Part shown: one piece after another, positions 11,270-24,577 of the stretch
Numbering within the stretch: the stretch's first letter is position 1
Layout: each line of letters begins with the position of its first letter
From: Centroscyllium fabricii
Taxonomy: Eukaryota
Direction: 5' to 3'
Length of the DNA stretch: 64,000 bases
Assembly: GCA_051313645.2 (NCBI GenBank)
Contig: JBNRSN020000001.1
Coordinates: 73,346,001 to 73,410,000 of the forward strand
The notes under the pieces: model-generated
Database searches by the model: none
What the model was told of the DNA's origin: nothing
The model's input: the letters and a program-made list of their open reading frames with translations, nothing else
Program-made: the position numbers and the translations under genes

Positions 11270-14200
11270 TGTGAGGAGAACACAGAGTCTGCAAAGCGAT
11301 ATAGACAGGTTAAGTGATTGGGCAAGAAGGTGGCAGATGGAGTATAATGCAAGAACATAAAAAATAGCATCAGGAATCGGCCATTTGGCCCCTCGAGCCT
11401 GCTCCACCATTCAGTAACATTCGCACCACACAAGTGCCAGGCAATGACCATCTCCAACAAGCGAGACTCTAACCATCTCCCCTTGACATTCAATGGCATT
11501 ATCATCGCTGAATCCCCCACTATCAACATCCTGGGGGTTACCATTGATCAGAAACTGAACTGGACCAGCCATATAAATACTGTGGCTACGAGAGCCGGCC
11601 AGAGGCTGGGAATTCTGCAGTGAGTGTCTCACCTCCTGACTCCCCAAAGCCTTTCCACCATCTACAAGGCACAAGTCAGGAGCGTGATGGAACACTCTCC
11701 ACTTGCCTGGATGAGTGCAGCTCCAACAACACTCAAGAAGCTCGATACCATTCAAGATAAAGCAGGCCGCTTGATTGGCACTCCATCCACCACCTCCAAC
11801 ATTCACTCCCTCCACCACCGGCGCACTGTGGCTGCAGTGTGTACCATCTACAAGATGCACTGCAGCAACTCGCCAAAGCTCCTTCAACAGCACCTTCCAA
11901 ACCCGCGACCTCTACCACTTAGAAGGACAAGGGCAGCAGATGCATGGGAACAGCACCACCTACAAGTTCCCCTCCAAGCCACACACCATCCTGACTTGGA
12001 CCTGTATCGCCGCTCCTTCACTGTCGCTGGGCCAAAATCCTGGAACTCCCTTCCTAACAACATTGTGGGTGTACCTACACCATATGGACTGCAGCGGTTC
12101 AAGAAGGCGGCTTACCACCATCTTCTCAAGGGCAATTAGGGATGGGCACTAAATACAGGCCTAGCCAGCCAGCGACGCCCACATCCCATCAATGAATAAA
12201 AAATAAAAAATAAAATAAGTTCATGGCTGATCTTTGGCTCAAAGCCACTTCCCTGCCTGCTCCCCATAACCCTTCACTCCCTTATCTTGCAACAATCTGT
12301 CTATCTCCACCTTAAATGTATTTAATGACCCAGCCTCCACGGCTCTCTGGGGTAGAGAATTCCACAGATTTACGACCCTCTGAGAAGAAATTCCTCCTCA
12401 TCTCAGTTCTAAAAGGGCGACCCTTTATTCTGAGACTGTGCCCCCGAGTTCTAGATTCCCCCACGAGGGGAAACATCCTCTCAGCATCTACCCTGTCGAG
12501 CCCCCTCAGAATCTTATATGTTTCAATAAGATCCCCTCTCATGCTTCTAAACTCCAATGAGTATAGGCCCAACCTGCTCAACCTTTCTCCATAAGTCAAC
12601 CCCCTCATCTCTGGAATTGTGGGGAAATGTGAGGTTATTCACTTTGGTAGGAAGAATAGAAAAAACAGAATATTTTTTAAATGGCGAGAATCAATTAAAT
12701 GTTGGTGTGCAGAGGGATTTGGGTTTCCGTGAAAACAAAACACAGTAAGTTAGCATACAAGTACAACAAACAATTAGGAAGGCAAATGGCCTGTTGGCTT
12801 TTATTGCAAGAGGGTTGGATTACAAGAGTGAGGAAGTCTTGCTACAATTGTACAGGGCCTTGCTGAGACCACACCTGGAGTACTGGGCACAGTTGTGGTC
12901 TCCGGACCTAAAGAAGGATATACTTGCCTTAGAGGCGGTGCAACAAAGGTTCACTGGATTGATTCCCAGGATGAGAGGGCTGTCCTATGAGGAGAGATTG
13001 AGTAGATTGGGCCGATACTCTCTGGAGTTTAGAAGAATGAGAGGTGATCTCATTGAAACATAAGATTCTCAAGGGGATTGACTGGGTAGATGCTGAGAGG
13101 TTGTTTCCCCTGGCTGGATCCAAATTTGGCTTCACGGCAGGAGGCAGAGGGTGATGGTCGAAGGTTGTTTCTCTGGCTGGAATCCTGTGTCCAGTGGTGT
13201 ACTGCAGCGATCGGTGCTGGGTCAATTTGCTGTTTATAGTATACATCAATGATTTAGATATGAATGTAGGAGGTATGATCAGTAAGTTCGCAGATGACAC
13301 GAAAATTGGTGGAGTGGTAAATAGGGAGAAGGGAAGCCTCAGGCTACAGGACGATATAGACGGGATGGTTAGACGGGCAGAACAGTGGCAAATGGAATTT
13401 AACCCTGAAAAGTGTGAGGCGATGCATTTTGGGAGGATAAACAAGGCAAGGGAATACACAATGAATGGTAGGATCCTAGGAAGGACAGAGGATCAGAGGG
13501 ACCTTGGTGTGCATGTACATAGATCCCTGAAGGCAGCAGGACAGGAAGATAAGGCAGTTAAAAAGGCATATGGGATATTTGGAATAAGCGGGTCTTTTTC
13601 CGAGTGGCGGGCAGTGACTAGTGGGGTACTGCAGGGATCGGTGCTGGGACCCCAGCTATTCACAATATATATTAATGATCCAGACGGGGGAACTAGATGT
13701 AATATCTCCAAGTCTGCAGATGACACAAAGCTGGGTGGGAGTGTGTACTGTGAGGAGGATGCAGAGAAACTCCAGGATGATTTGGACAGGTTGGGTGATT
13801 ATACTGCATCTGCCCAATGTGGATAAATGTGAGGTTATCCACTTTGGTGGCAAAAACAGGAAGGCAGATTATTATCTGAACGGCAATAGATTGGGAGAAG
13901 GGGAAGTGCAACGAGACCTGGGTGTCCTTGTGCACCAGTCGCTGAAGGTAAGCATGCAGGTGCAGCAGGCGGTTAAGAAGGCAAATGGTAGGTTGGTCTT
14001 CGTAGCGAGAGGGTTCGAGTACAGGAACAACGATGTCTTGCTGCAGTTGTACAAGGCCTTGGTGAGACCACACCTTCGTATTGTGTGCAGTTTTGGTCAC
14101 CTTATCTGAGGAATAATGTTCTTGCCATGGAGGGAGTGCAGCAAAGATTCACCAGACTGATACCTGGGATGGCAGGAGTGACGTATGAAGAGAGATTGGG

Positions 14201-15550
14201 TCGATTGGGCTTATATTTGCTGGAGTTCAGAAGAATGAGAGGGAATCTCAGTGAAACTTATAAAATTCTAACAGGCTAGATAGACTAGATGCAGGAAGGA
14301 TGTTCCCGATGGCAGGGGAGTCCAGAACCAGGGGTCACATTCTAAAGATAATGGGTAAGCCATTTAGGACAGAGATGAGGAGGAATTTCTTCACCCAGAG
14401 AGTGGTGAACCTGTGGAATTCTCTACCACAGAAGGCAGTTGTGGCCAAGTCATTGAATATATTCAAGAAGGAGTTGGATATATTTCTTAAGGCTAAAGGG
14501 ATCAAGGGACATGGGGAGAAGGCAGGGACAGGGTACTGAGTTTGGATGATCAGCCATGATCTCATTGAATGGCGGAGCAGGCTCGAGGGGCCGAATGGCC
14601 TACTCCTGCTCCTATCTTCTATGTTTCTATGTTTGCCTTCATTAGCCAAGGCATGGAATATAAGAGCAGGGAGGTTATGATGGAGCTGTACAAAATGCTA
14701 GTTAGGCCACAGCTGGAGTACTGTGTGCAGTTCTGGTCGCCACACTATAGGAAGGATATGATTGCTTTGGAGAGGGTGCAGAGGAGATTCACCAGAATGT
14801 TACCTGGGTTGGACCGCTTCAGCTATGAAGAGAGACTGGGACAGGCTGGGGTTGTTTTCCTTAGAGCAGAGAAAACTGAGGGGGACCTGATTGAGGTGTA
14901 CAAAATTATGAGGTGCATAAGGGTAGATAGAAAGGAATGTTTCCCCTTAGTAGAGGGGTCAATAACCAGGAGGCATAGTTTCAAGGTAAGGGGCAGGAGA
15001 TTTAGAGGGGATTTGAGGAAGAACTTTTTCACCCAGAGGGTGGTTGGAATCTGGAACTCACTGCCTGAAAGGGTGGTAGAGGCAGGAATCCTCACAACAT
15101 TCAAGAAGCATTTAGATGAGCACTTGAGCATACAAGGCTACGGACCAAGTGCTGGAAAATGGGATTAGAATAGACTGCGCTTGATGGCCGGAGCGGACAC
15201 AATGGGCCGCTTTCTGTGCTGTATAACTCTAATACTCAATGGCTGTAGAGTCCAGAATGATGGGTGACAGTTTCAGGATAAGGGGTCGGCCATTTAGGAC
15301 TGATGTGGAGAAAGTTCTTCACTCAGAGGGTGGTGAATCTTTGGAATTCTCTACCTCAGAGAGCCGTGGATGCTGAATCTTTGAGTGTATTCAAATCGGA
15401 GATCGATAGATTTTTGGACTCTAAGGAATCAAAGGATATGTGGATCAGGCAGGGAAGTGTTCAGGTCGAAGATCAGCCATGATCTTATTGAATGGCGGAG
15501 CAGGCTCGAGGGGCCGTGTTGTTTAATCCTGCTCCTAATTCTTATGTTCT
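11270..15550. mobile_element. Nested cluster of CR1 fragments, including a minus copy at 11352-12617 and a family A copy at 13580-14632 inside a family B copy at 13123-15230
   Basis: Repeated RT C-terminal motifs, with reading continuity across the insertions. Confidence 0.88.
11413..12217 (+). mobile_element. 3' part of a distinct CR1-group LINE with an A-rich tail
   Basis: ORF with IYKAQVRSVMEHSPLAW. Tail AAGGGCAATTAGGGATGGGC..GATGCCCACATCCC; relatives at 22755-24070, 52093 and 56049. Confidence 0.8.
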
Positions 15551-15604
15551 TAAACTTCCAGTGGGACTCCTGGAATTTCAGGAGCTGGGATCCCGGTCTC
15601 AATA

Positions 15605-15970
15605 GGACAGACACGGTGGCGCAGTGGTTAGCACTGCTGCCTCGCAATAAGGAGCTCTTGGGTTCGAATCCTGCTTGGCCCGGGACACCTCTGCGTGGAG
15701 TTTGCATGTTCTCCCAGTGTTCGTGTGGGTTTCCTCCGGGTACTCCGGTTTCCTCCCATCACCCAAAGACATGCAGGTTAGGTGAATTGGAGATACTAAA
15801 AGAAAAAAGAGTTCTTAGAGTTGGGGGTGTTGCGGGATATGGGGAGAGGGTAGGAGGGGGGTGCTGGGTTTGGATGATCAGCCATGATCTCATCAATAAA
15901 AAAAATGGCGGAACAGGCTCGAAGGGCTGAGTGGCCTACTCCTGCTCCTAACGTCTGTGTTTCTGTGTTT
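15605..15970 (+). mobile_element. Divergent V-SINE subfamily
   Basis: TGGCGCAGTGG and GGTTCGAATCC boxes, central domain, CR1 tail. Confidence 0.8.
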
Positions 15971-16255
15971 CAATATACATCAACGCTGCTCCTGAAGAGA
16001 GAGATGCACCCCGGCGCTTGTCTCTTTTTGACTTGCAATTCGACAGCACCTTACACAACTGCAGGATGCGTAATCACCGATAACGCGCTGTATGGGGGAC
16101 AGCAGCCTGTGCTCAGGGTACAAGAAGTTTATACACCGACGTGAATCATCGCTGTTTTGGTACAAATCTTACATCAGCCTGGGAAAGTGCACCTCACACA
16201 GCTCGAAATACATAAAGCCACTGTCGCACAGGTGCTCATTACTGACAACCCGTTT

Positions 16256-16732
16256 CCTTTTTTGAAAATTTATTGATGGGATGTGGGCGTCGCTGGCTGG
16301 CTAGGCCTGCATTTAGTGCCCATCCCTAATTGCCCTTGAGAAGATGGTGGTGAGCCGCCTTCTTGAACCGCTGCAGTCTTATTGTTTTTCGTAGCGGTTG
16401 TTTACAACTGAGTGGCTTGCTGGGCCATTTCAGAGGGCATTAAGAGTCAACCACATTGCTGTGGATCTGGTGTCACATGTAGGCCAGACCAGGTAAGGAC
16501 GGCAGATTTCCTTCCCTAAAGGACATTAGTGAACCAGATGGGTTTTTGCAACAATCGACAATGGTATCATGGTCGCCATTACCAAGACTAACATTTAATT
16601 CCAGAATTAAATTGAATTGAATTTAAATTCCACCAGCTGCCGTGGTGGGATTTGAACCCATATCCTCAGAGCATTTGGCTGAGCTTCTGGCTTACTAGTC
16701 TAGTGACATAACCACTACGCCACCGCCTCCCC
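16256..16732 (-). mobile_element. Second tRNA-derived SINE family, reverse copy
   Basis: Reverse complement of 26728-27222. Confidence 0.8.
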
Positions 16733-16837
16733 CTGTTCCTGATCAACAAAGTCTGCGACTGTGCTCCTTCCGTGTGATCGGCTTCGCTTCTCAAGCACAG
16801 AATGATGCAATGGTACGGAATGGAGCAGAGTACTAAC

Positions 16838-16897
16838 CTGCTGAGAAAATCCACAAAAGAACTGGTACAAAAACTGAGGAAATATGAAGCAAACATT
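16838..16897 (-). CDS. ATP11A: ATP11A internal exon (60 bp), NVCFIFPQFLYQFFCGFSQQ (TM5 region)
   Basis: Manual translation; ttccag and gttagt splice sites; phase 0 to 0. Confidence 0.94.
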
Positions 16898-17175
16898 CTG
16901 GAAAACAACAGAAATATGTGATGAGATAATTAAAACACCACAAACAATGACACATCAGATATATTTCAAACCTACACTTATTTAAGACTGCATTCACTTT
17001 CAATGCACTCGTGAGACCATCTCCTTTCGCTGATGGGTCAGCCAAGCTGGGAAAATTTACAGTGGATGATTTCAGCTGGAGTACAGAAAGATTGCATGTT
17101 GCTTTTTTCTCACTAAAATTATCAACAGGAAAGTTGGTGTTGACATGAAGCCCTGAAAGGAAACACAGTAAAATA

Positions 17176-17682
17176 TATGAAGGATGTGATAGCTTTGGAG
17201 AGGGTGCAGAGGAGATTCACCAGGATGCTGCCTGGGCTGGAGAGCCTCAGCTATGAAGAGAGACTGGACAGGCTGGGGTTGTTTTCCTTAGAGCAGAGAA
17301 GGCTGAGGGGGGACCTGATTGAGGTGCACAAAATTATGAGGGGCATAGATAAGGTAGATGGCGGGGAACTTTTTCCATTGGTGGAAGGATCAATAACGAG
17401 GGGGCATAGATACAGGGTGAGAGGCAGGAGGTTTTGGGGGGATGTGAGGAAGAACTTTTTCACCCAGAGGGTGGTTGGAGTCTGGAACTCACTGCCTGAA
17501 AGGGTGGTAGAGGCGGGAACAGTCACAACGTTCAAGAAGCATTTGGATGTACACCTGAAAGGTTACAACATACAAGGCTACGGTCCAAATGCAGGAAAGT
17601 GGGATTAGAATAGACTAGGATTGGATGGGCGGCACGGACGTGATGGGCCGAAGGGCCTCTTTCTGTGCTGTATGACTCTATA
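17176..17682 (+). mobile_element. CR1 (family B) 3' fragment
   Basis: ORF 17177-17608. Confidence 0.9.
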
Positions 17683-17935
17683 TGTAGAGGGAGGGTAGGT
17701 GATGTGACTGGAGCAAGATTTTTTAAAAAGAGCTCCTGTCCAAGCAACAGCAGAACCAAAGACTACCTAGCAGGAGGGGAAACAAGCACAAATCAATGAT
17801 ATTCCAGTCAGGAGACAAGCAAACCTACTGAAGGCCAAGTATCTAGATGAATAGAGATACAAGATCAAAGATCAAAGATAGTATTTCACATATTATACAT
17901 GAGACAAGTGGAGTGCTAAGGACCAAGAGACTGGA

Positions 17936-18422
17936 CAAATGTAAGAAGTCACACACCAGGTTATACCTGTAGTGCAACAGTTTTATTTGAAATCGCATTT
18001 GTCCACCTGTGGTATCCATATTACCAGTGTATATAGTAACCGTATTACCAGTGTATATATATGGATGTGCTCACCTTTGACACTGTACATTGTATGCAAG
18101 GCCAGGTCAGCCACACCTCTAACTCCTCCCCTCAGGTGGGAGCATATGGGTGAGGGCTGCCCTGCCCCCGCTCATTCTCGCCTTGAACTCGACAGGAGAC
18201 TAGCTCCACTGTAAGTGAATAAAAGCCTGTAGTTTGGGTAACTACTCGTCTTTCGATTTTGGTTGACGATACGTCACCACCGCAGTCCAACACCGGCACC
18301 TCCACATCAAGACTAGCTCCATTTTAAGTGAATAAAAGCCTGCAGTTTGGGTAACTACTCGTCTTTCGTGTTTGATTGACGATACGTCACCACCCCAGTC
18401 CAACACCGGCACCTCCACATCA
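17936..18422. mobile_element. Minimal Penelope remnant hosting a solo LTR
   Basis: AAGAAGTCACAC end and CCAACACCGGCACCTCCACATC tail; flanking direct repeat AAGAGACTGGA. Confidence 0.7.
18008..18276 (+). mobile_element. Solo LTR of the same lineage, inside a Penelope remnant
   Basis: TGTGGTA..TGACGATACGTCA ends; TSD CCACC; shares GGTCAGCCACACCTCTAACTCCTCCCC with the other LTRs. Confidence 0.9.
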
Positions 18423-18475
18423 AAGAGACTGGAGTTTACCCTCAACAGGAGTTCTGCTTGAAAGTGCAGTCAAAG

Positions 18476-18787
18476 AATCATAGAATCGCTACAGTGCAGA
18501 TCGAAGCCATTTCGGCCCATCGAGACTGCACCGACACATATCCCACCCTATCCCCGTAACCCCACATATTTAATCCCCCTAACGCTAAGGGTCAATTTAT
18601 CGTGGCCAATCAACCTAACCCGCACATCTTTGGACTGTGGGAGGAAACCGGAGCACCCGGAGGAAACCCACACAGACACGGGGAGAATGTGCAAACTCCA
18701 CACAGATAGTCACCCGAGGCTGGATTTGAACCCGGGTCTCCAGTGCTGTGAGGCAACAGTGCTAACCATGCAGCTATGCCACCGTGC
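18476..18787 (-). mobile_element. HE1-like V-SINE, short-tail type
   Basis: Same tail as the 1847 copy. Confidence 0.85.
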
Positions 18788-19479
18788 ATGTGGACATTGA
18801 AAAAGAGTCAGACTGTGATGGGGCGGGGGGAGGAAGAGGGAAAGAGAGCCTGTGACAAGGGGGGAGGGGGATCTGCCCGTCGGGAAATGACGGAGCAAAA
18901 GGAAAGGAAGGCAAAAGGAACATATAGCGCTGGAAGACAGGGGGACACTTTCTGACCAGGCACTAGTCCGGCAGTCTGTATTAGCAATCCTCCAACCGTC
19001 AGTGGGTAAGGGGAGAGAGAGAACCATCAGAGGCAGGTCTAAGTATCTTGGTGAGAACGTTCTCCATGATCTTCTCGCACGCGTTAGAGGTGAGGGTTGT
19101 GGAGGTGGGGAGAGAAGCGAAGAGAAGCTGGGGGGGGGGGTTATCTTTGCATTCCAGGGTGATCCTGGAGTAGTCGGGAAGAGGTGTGGGAGCTGCAGGA
19201 GCCTGATTGGAGTGATTCAAACATGGAGTTGCAGAAAAAATGAGCAGAGATTTGAGAGGTGAAAACACGTTCAAAGACTTAGGAGAGGAAAGGGAGGTTG
19301 GAGATGGGGTGGTCGGGAGTCCAGGGTGGTCGGGGGTCCAGGGTGGGCTTTTTGAAGGGAAGGCAGATGAAGGCAGTTTTGAAAGGGAAGGGGACAGTAC
19401 CTTAGGAAATGGAACTTCTTGCAATGTCAGCTTGGATGGTGGCGATGAAGGAAAGTTGGATGGTCAGCAGTTTAGTGGC

Positions 19480-19995
19480 TGTGATGAACCTTTTGGTGTG
19501 GTTCACACTGTACGGTTATTGTATATAGTTTTGTTTTATGTGTTTGTTATATATCTGTTAATATCTTTACCTTTCTGTAAGGACCTGTACCGGCTGACCC
19601 CGCCTCTGGGTACTAGTATAAAGGAGAATGCTCCGCCCACTTATCTCTCTGTGATGAACCATTTGGTGTGGTTCACACTGTGCTATTATTGTATATAGTT
19701 TGTGTTAATAAATCTGTACCTTTCTGTAAGGACCTGGACCGGCTGACCCCGCCTCTGAGTATGGGTATAAAGGAGAATGCTCCGCCCACCTGACTCTCAT
19801 TCCGGGCGGACTCATCGCAGACTAGGTTCAGTTCTTTGTGAATAAAAGCCTTCAATTACTTTTCACCAACGACTGGCGTGATTGATTTGCGCATCACTCA
19901 TTCCGGGCAGGCTCATCGGGGACACGGTTCAGTTCCTTGTTAATAAAAGCCACTTATTTAAGAACTCGCTGCCGTCTTTGATTTGAGGTATCTCA
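19480..19995 (+). mobile_element. Solo LTR containing a nested related solo LTR (19650-19896)
   Basis: Outer TSD GTGGC at 19475-19479 and 19996-20000. Two U3-like halves are followed by two R/U5-like halves, each with AATAAAAGCC. Confidence 0.85.
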
Positions 19996-20864
19996 GTGGC
20001 AATGTGGTCAAATGATGATGAGGTGTACGTCATGGTGAGATGAACTCGAAGAGGGCATGAGGGGAAATAGGAGAGAAACATGGGAAAGATGCGAGTTTAA
20101 GGCTAGGGTAGGGTGAGGCTTGGGGGTTAGATACTAGAAGAAATGTCAGAGGTTTACAATAGAGGATAGAACAGAGGGTTAAAAAATTGTCAAATTCACT
20201 TCCAGGGTTAGGAAAACAGGAACATTTTTTAGGCCATTCAGCCCCTCAAGCTTGTTCGGGTCCGTGATTAGATCATGGCAGGAACGTACCTCAGCTCCAT
20301 TTACCTGCTTTTACTCCATATCCCTGGATTCCTTTACCCTGGATTCCTTTACCTAACAAAAATCTATTGATCTCAGTCTTGAAAATTTCAATTGACCCCC
20401 AACATCTACAACCTATTGGGGGAGTGAATTCCAGATTGAAACTATCCTTCATCAGATCAAGTGCTTCCTGATATTGTTACTGAACGGCTTAGTTCTAAAT
20501 TTTAAGATTATGGTGGAGGCAGAATAGTTGTCAATATTCAAAATTAGATTGGATAGGTGGCTGAAAGAAAAGGGGCTGAAGAGATATGGGAACAGGATGG
20601 GTAAACGCCATTAGACTGTCTCCTCACGTGGAGAGTAAGCATTGACACACACTCGGGCCGATGACCAGTTTCTGGGTTGTCAGCTCGATGCACTTATTTC
20701 TATGTACAAACCACTTACAATGGGTAAATGTAAAGGGATGCAGCATCTTAAAAAACCATCAGCATTTGAGGATAAAAACGTTGATCGCTTTTAGGCGTTT
20801 GGGCTACTGTTGGCAGTGCGCACTCTACAGTGCATTTTAGCTGCAGGTATCTTTTCAGCAGAGG

Positions 20865-22150
20865 AGATAAATAGCGAGGAGGGAAGCCTCAGTCTGCAGG
20901 ACGATATAGACAGGCTGGTCAGATGGGCGGAACAGTGGCAAATGGAATTTAACCCTGAAAAGTGTGAGGTGATGCATTTGGGAAGGACTAACAAGGCAAG
21001 GGAATACACAATGAATAGTAGGACCCTAGGAAAGACAGAGGATCAGAGGGACCTTGGTGTGTATGTACATAGATCCCTGAAGGCAGCAGGACAGGTAGAT
21101 AAGGTGGTTAAAAAGGCATATGGGCGGCACGGTGGCATAGTGGTTAGCACTGTTGCCTTACAGCACTAGAGACCCGGGTTCAAATCCGGCCTCGGGTACT
21201 ATCTGTGTGGAGTTTGCACATTCTCCCCGTGTCTGCGTGGGTTTCCTCCGGGTGCTCCGGTTTCCTCCCACAGTCCAAAGATGTGCGGGTTAGGTTGATT
21301 GGCCAGGATAAATTGATCCTTAGTGTTAGGGGGATTGAATATGTGGGGTTACGAGGATAGGGTGGGATGTGTATCGGTGCAGGCTCGAGAGGGATAAGGG
21401 GTGAGGGCAGGGGTCGGGTGCTGGGTTTGGATGATCAGCCATGATCTCATTGAATGGCGGAGCAGGCTCGAAGGGCCGAATGGCCTACTCCTGCTCCTAT
21501 CTTCTACGTTTCTATGTTTTTTGCCTTCATTAGCCGAGGCACAACATATATAGAGCAGGGATGTTATGATGGAGCTGTACAAAACGCTAGTTAGGCCACA
21601 GCTGGAGTACTGTGTGCAGTTCTGGTCACCACACTATAGGAAGGATGTGATTGCTTTGGAGAGGGTGCAGAGGAGATTCACCAGGATGTTACCTGGGCTG
21701 GAGCGCTTCAGCTATGAAGAGAGACTGGACAGGCTGGGGTTGTTTTCCTTAGAGCAGAAAAGGCTGAGGGGGGAACCTGATTGAGGTGTACAAAATTATG
21801 AGGGGTATAGATAGGGTAGATAGAAAGGAACTTTTCCCCTTAGTAGAGGGGTCAATAACCAGGGGTCATAGTTTCAAGGTAAGGGGCAGGAGGTCTGGAG
21901 GGGATTTGAGGAAAAAAAAATTCACCCAGAGGGTGGTTGGAATCTGGAACTCACTGCCTGAAAGGGTGGTCGAGGCAGGAACCCTCACAACATTCAAGAA
22001 GCATTTAGATGAGCGCTTGAAATGCCATAGCATACAAGGCTACGGAGCAAGTGCTGGAAAATGGGATTAGAATAGGATGGGCTTGATGTCCTGTGCAGAC
22101 ACGATGGGCCAAAGGGCCTCTTTCTGTGCTGGATAACTCTATGACTCTCT
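20865..22150 (+). mobile_element. CR1 (family B) 3' fragment interrupted by a SINE
   Basis: ORFs starting at 20810, 21566 and 21786. Confidence 0.9.
21122..21519 (+). mobile_element. HE1-like V-SINE inserted in CR1-B
   Basis: A and B boxes, central domain, CR1-A tail. Confidence 0.88.
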
Positions 22151-23007
22151 CTATGGCTGTTTTCTGAATCAGAGTCAATGTAGCCAGTTCCACACAGTAA
22201 TTGCCAGGTATGTGCAGATTGACCTGTGCGAGAGGTGTACACAGTCTGCCTCTGTGCCCGACTTGTCCATTGCTCTGCGTCAAAACTCGGCAGCAGCAGC
22301 AGCAGCAATAACCATCTCCAGCTTGAGAAAACCTAACAATCTCACCTTGGCATTCAATGACATTATCATCCAATCTCCTACCATCACCTCTTAAAAAAAA
22401 ACTTCACGAAAGAGGAATTCACAACGGAAAACCCATTGGCCCAATACGGAGAATGAACCAAAAAATGTACGTGCCAGAACACTTGGCACAACTAAATGGA
22501 AACAGGAAGAGAAACAAAATAAAAGGCTCCAAAATAGCCTTAAAACACTGTACACATCTTACAATAGGGCTGCTTAAATGCACTTCTGTAAAAGGACACC
22601 CTAACAGCCTTGGACAGGCATGTTATAAAGGCGGGTAGATAATGGAGCACGATACCAGGTGAAACACCAGTTCATTAATCCTCAAAGTCACGAAACCCAA
22701 CGCCATCCAGGCCAGAGCAATTTGCTTTGATCAGAAACTATTTAACCCCCCTCAGGATGTGGGTGACAGTGGCTCAGCTACATTCATTACCCATCCAGTG
22801 TTGCCCCAAGGTAGTGGCAGTGAGCCTTCTGCTCAACCACGGCACTCCTTGTGGTGATGGAGTCTCCTACAATGGTGTCAGGCATGGAATTCCAGATTTT
22901 GATCCAGTGCTCAAGGAACAACGTTATGTCCAAGTCAGGATGTGTGAGATTTGGAGGGGAACTTGAAAGTTATGGTGTTCCCATGACATTGCTGCTCTTA
23001 TCTTTCT

Positions 23008-23447
23008 CAGCTGTGAAGAGAGACTGGACAGGCTGGGGTTGTTTTCCTTGGAGCAGAGAAGGCTGAGGGGGGACCTGATTGAGATGTCTAAAATTATGAG
23101 GGGCATAGATAGGGTAGATAGAAAGGAACTTTTTCCTTTAGTAGAGGGGTCAATAACAAGGAGGCATAGTTTCAAGGTAAGTGGCAGAAGGTTTAGAGGG
23201 GATTTGAGGAAGAACATTTTCACCCAGAGGGTGTTTGGAATCTGGAACTCACTGCCTGAAAGGGTGGTAGAGGCAGGAACCCTCACAACATTCAAGAAGC
23301 ATTTAGATGAGCACTTGAAATGCCATAGCACACAAGGCTACGGACCAAGTGCTGGAAAATGGGATTAGAATAGACAGGGCTTGATGGCCGGCGTGGACAC
23401 GATGGGCCGAAGGGCCTCTTTCTGTGCTGTATAACTATGACTCTATG
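23008..23447 (+). mobile_element. CR1 (family B) 3' fragment, part of a local duplication
   Basis: ORF 23039-23368. Confidence 0.88.
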
Positions 23448-24357
23448 GCTGTTTTCTGAATCAGAGTCAATGTAGCCAGTTCCACACAGTAATTGCCAGG
23501 TATGTGTAGATTGACCTATGTGGGAGGTGTACACAGTCTGCCTCTGTGCCCCTGACTTGTCCGGTATCCCTCCATTGCTCTGTGCCAAAACTGGGTATCA
23601 GCAGCAGCAGCAATAACCATCTCCAGCTTGAGAAAACCTAACCATCTCACCTTGGCATTCATAGATACATAGATCAATGACATTATCATCCAATCTCCTA
23701 CCATCACCTCTAAAGAAAAACTTCACGAAAGAGGAATTCACAAAGGAAAACCCATTGGCCCAATACTGAGGATGAACCAAAAAATGTACGTGCCAGAACA
23801 CTCTGTGCTGTATAATTCTATGACAATGGTAGAGATTGAGGGCTGGGAGGGTTTTGTGATTCTTGAAATGTGTTGCAGCTGCATCTGTCCAGTGAGTTGT
23901 GAGTGTCCCATTACACTCGGACGTGAACCTTGTATCTGGTGGAGGGGCTTTGAGAGGCACCAAGCCTCTGTCTTGCTCTTGCATCCACTATGTTGACGTG
24001 GCTGGTCTAGTTAAGCTTTTGGTCAGTGTTGTTTAAGGGACCTGGTGATGGTGATATCATTGAAATTCATGGGAGGTAGTTGGGTGTTTTTATTAAGGTA
24101 ACTAACAATAAATTGGCCACCGTGTCTGGTGCCAGTGAAACCCACCTGAAAATGAGATGGGATGGTAATAGGGCAAAAATTTCACTCAACAGATTGTTGC
24201 CCACTTCTCCAATTGCCAATGTTATGCCTGATTAACATGAATTTAAAAAGAAACTGAGGCAGAATAATTATCAGTACGTAGAGTCCCAAATACTAACCAT
24301 CATAGCACATTTAAACTATCTTCAGCGATTGGGAAAAAATATGATCTGTCTTGCATT

Positions 24358-24577
24358 TGATAAATTGACCCTTAGTGTTAGGGGGATTGAATATGTGGGG
24401 TTATGGGGATAGGGTGGGAATACGTGTCGGTGTAGGCGCAATAGGGATAGAGGGATATGGGGAGGGGGCAGGGGCGGGGTGCTGGGTTTGGATGATCAGC
24501 CATGATCTCATTGAATGGCGGAGCAGGCTTGAAGGGCCGAATGGCCTACTCCTGCTCCTATCTTCTATGTTTCTATG
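24358..24577 (+). mobile_element. 5'-truncated V-SINE
   Basis: 3' half of the family only. Confidence 0.8.
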
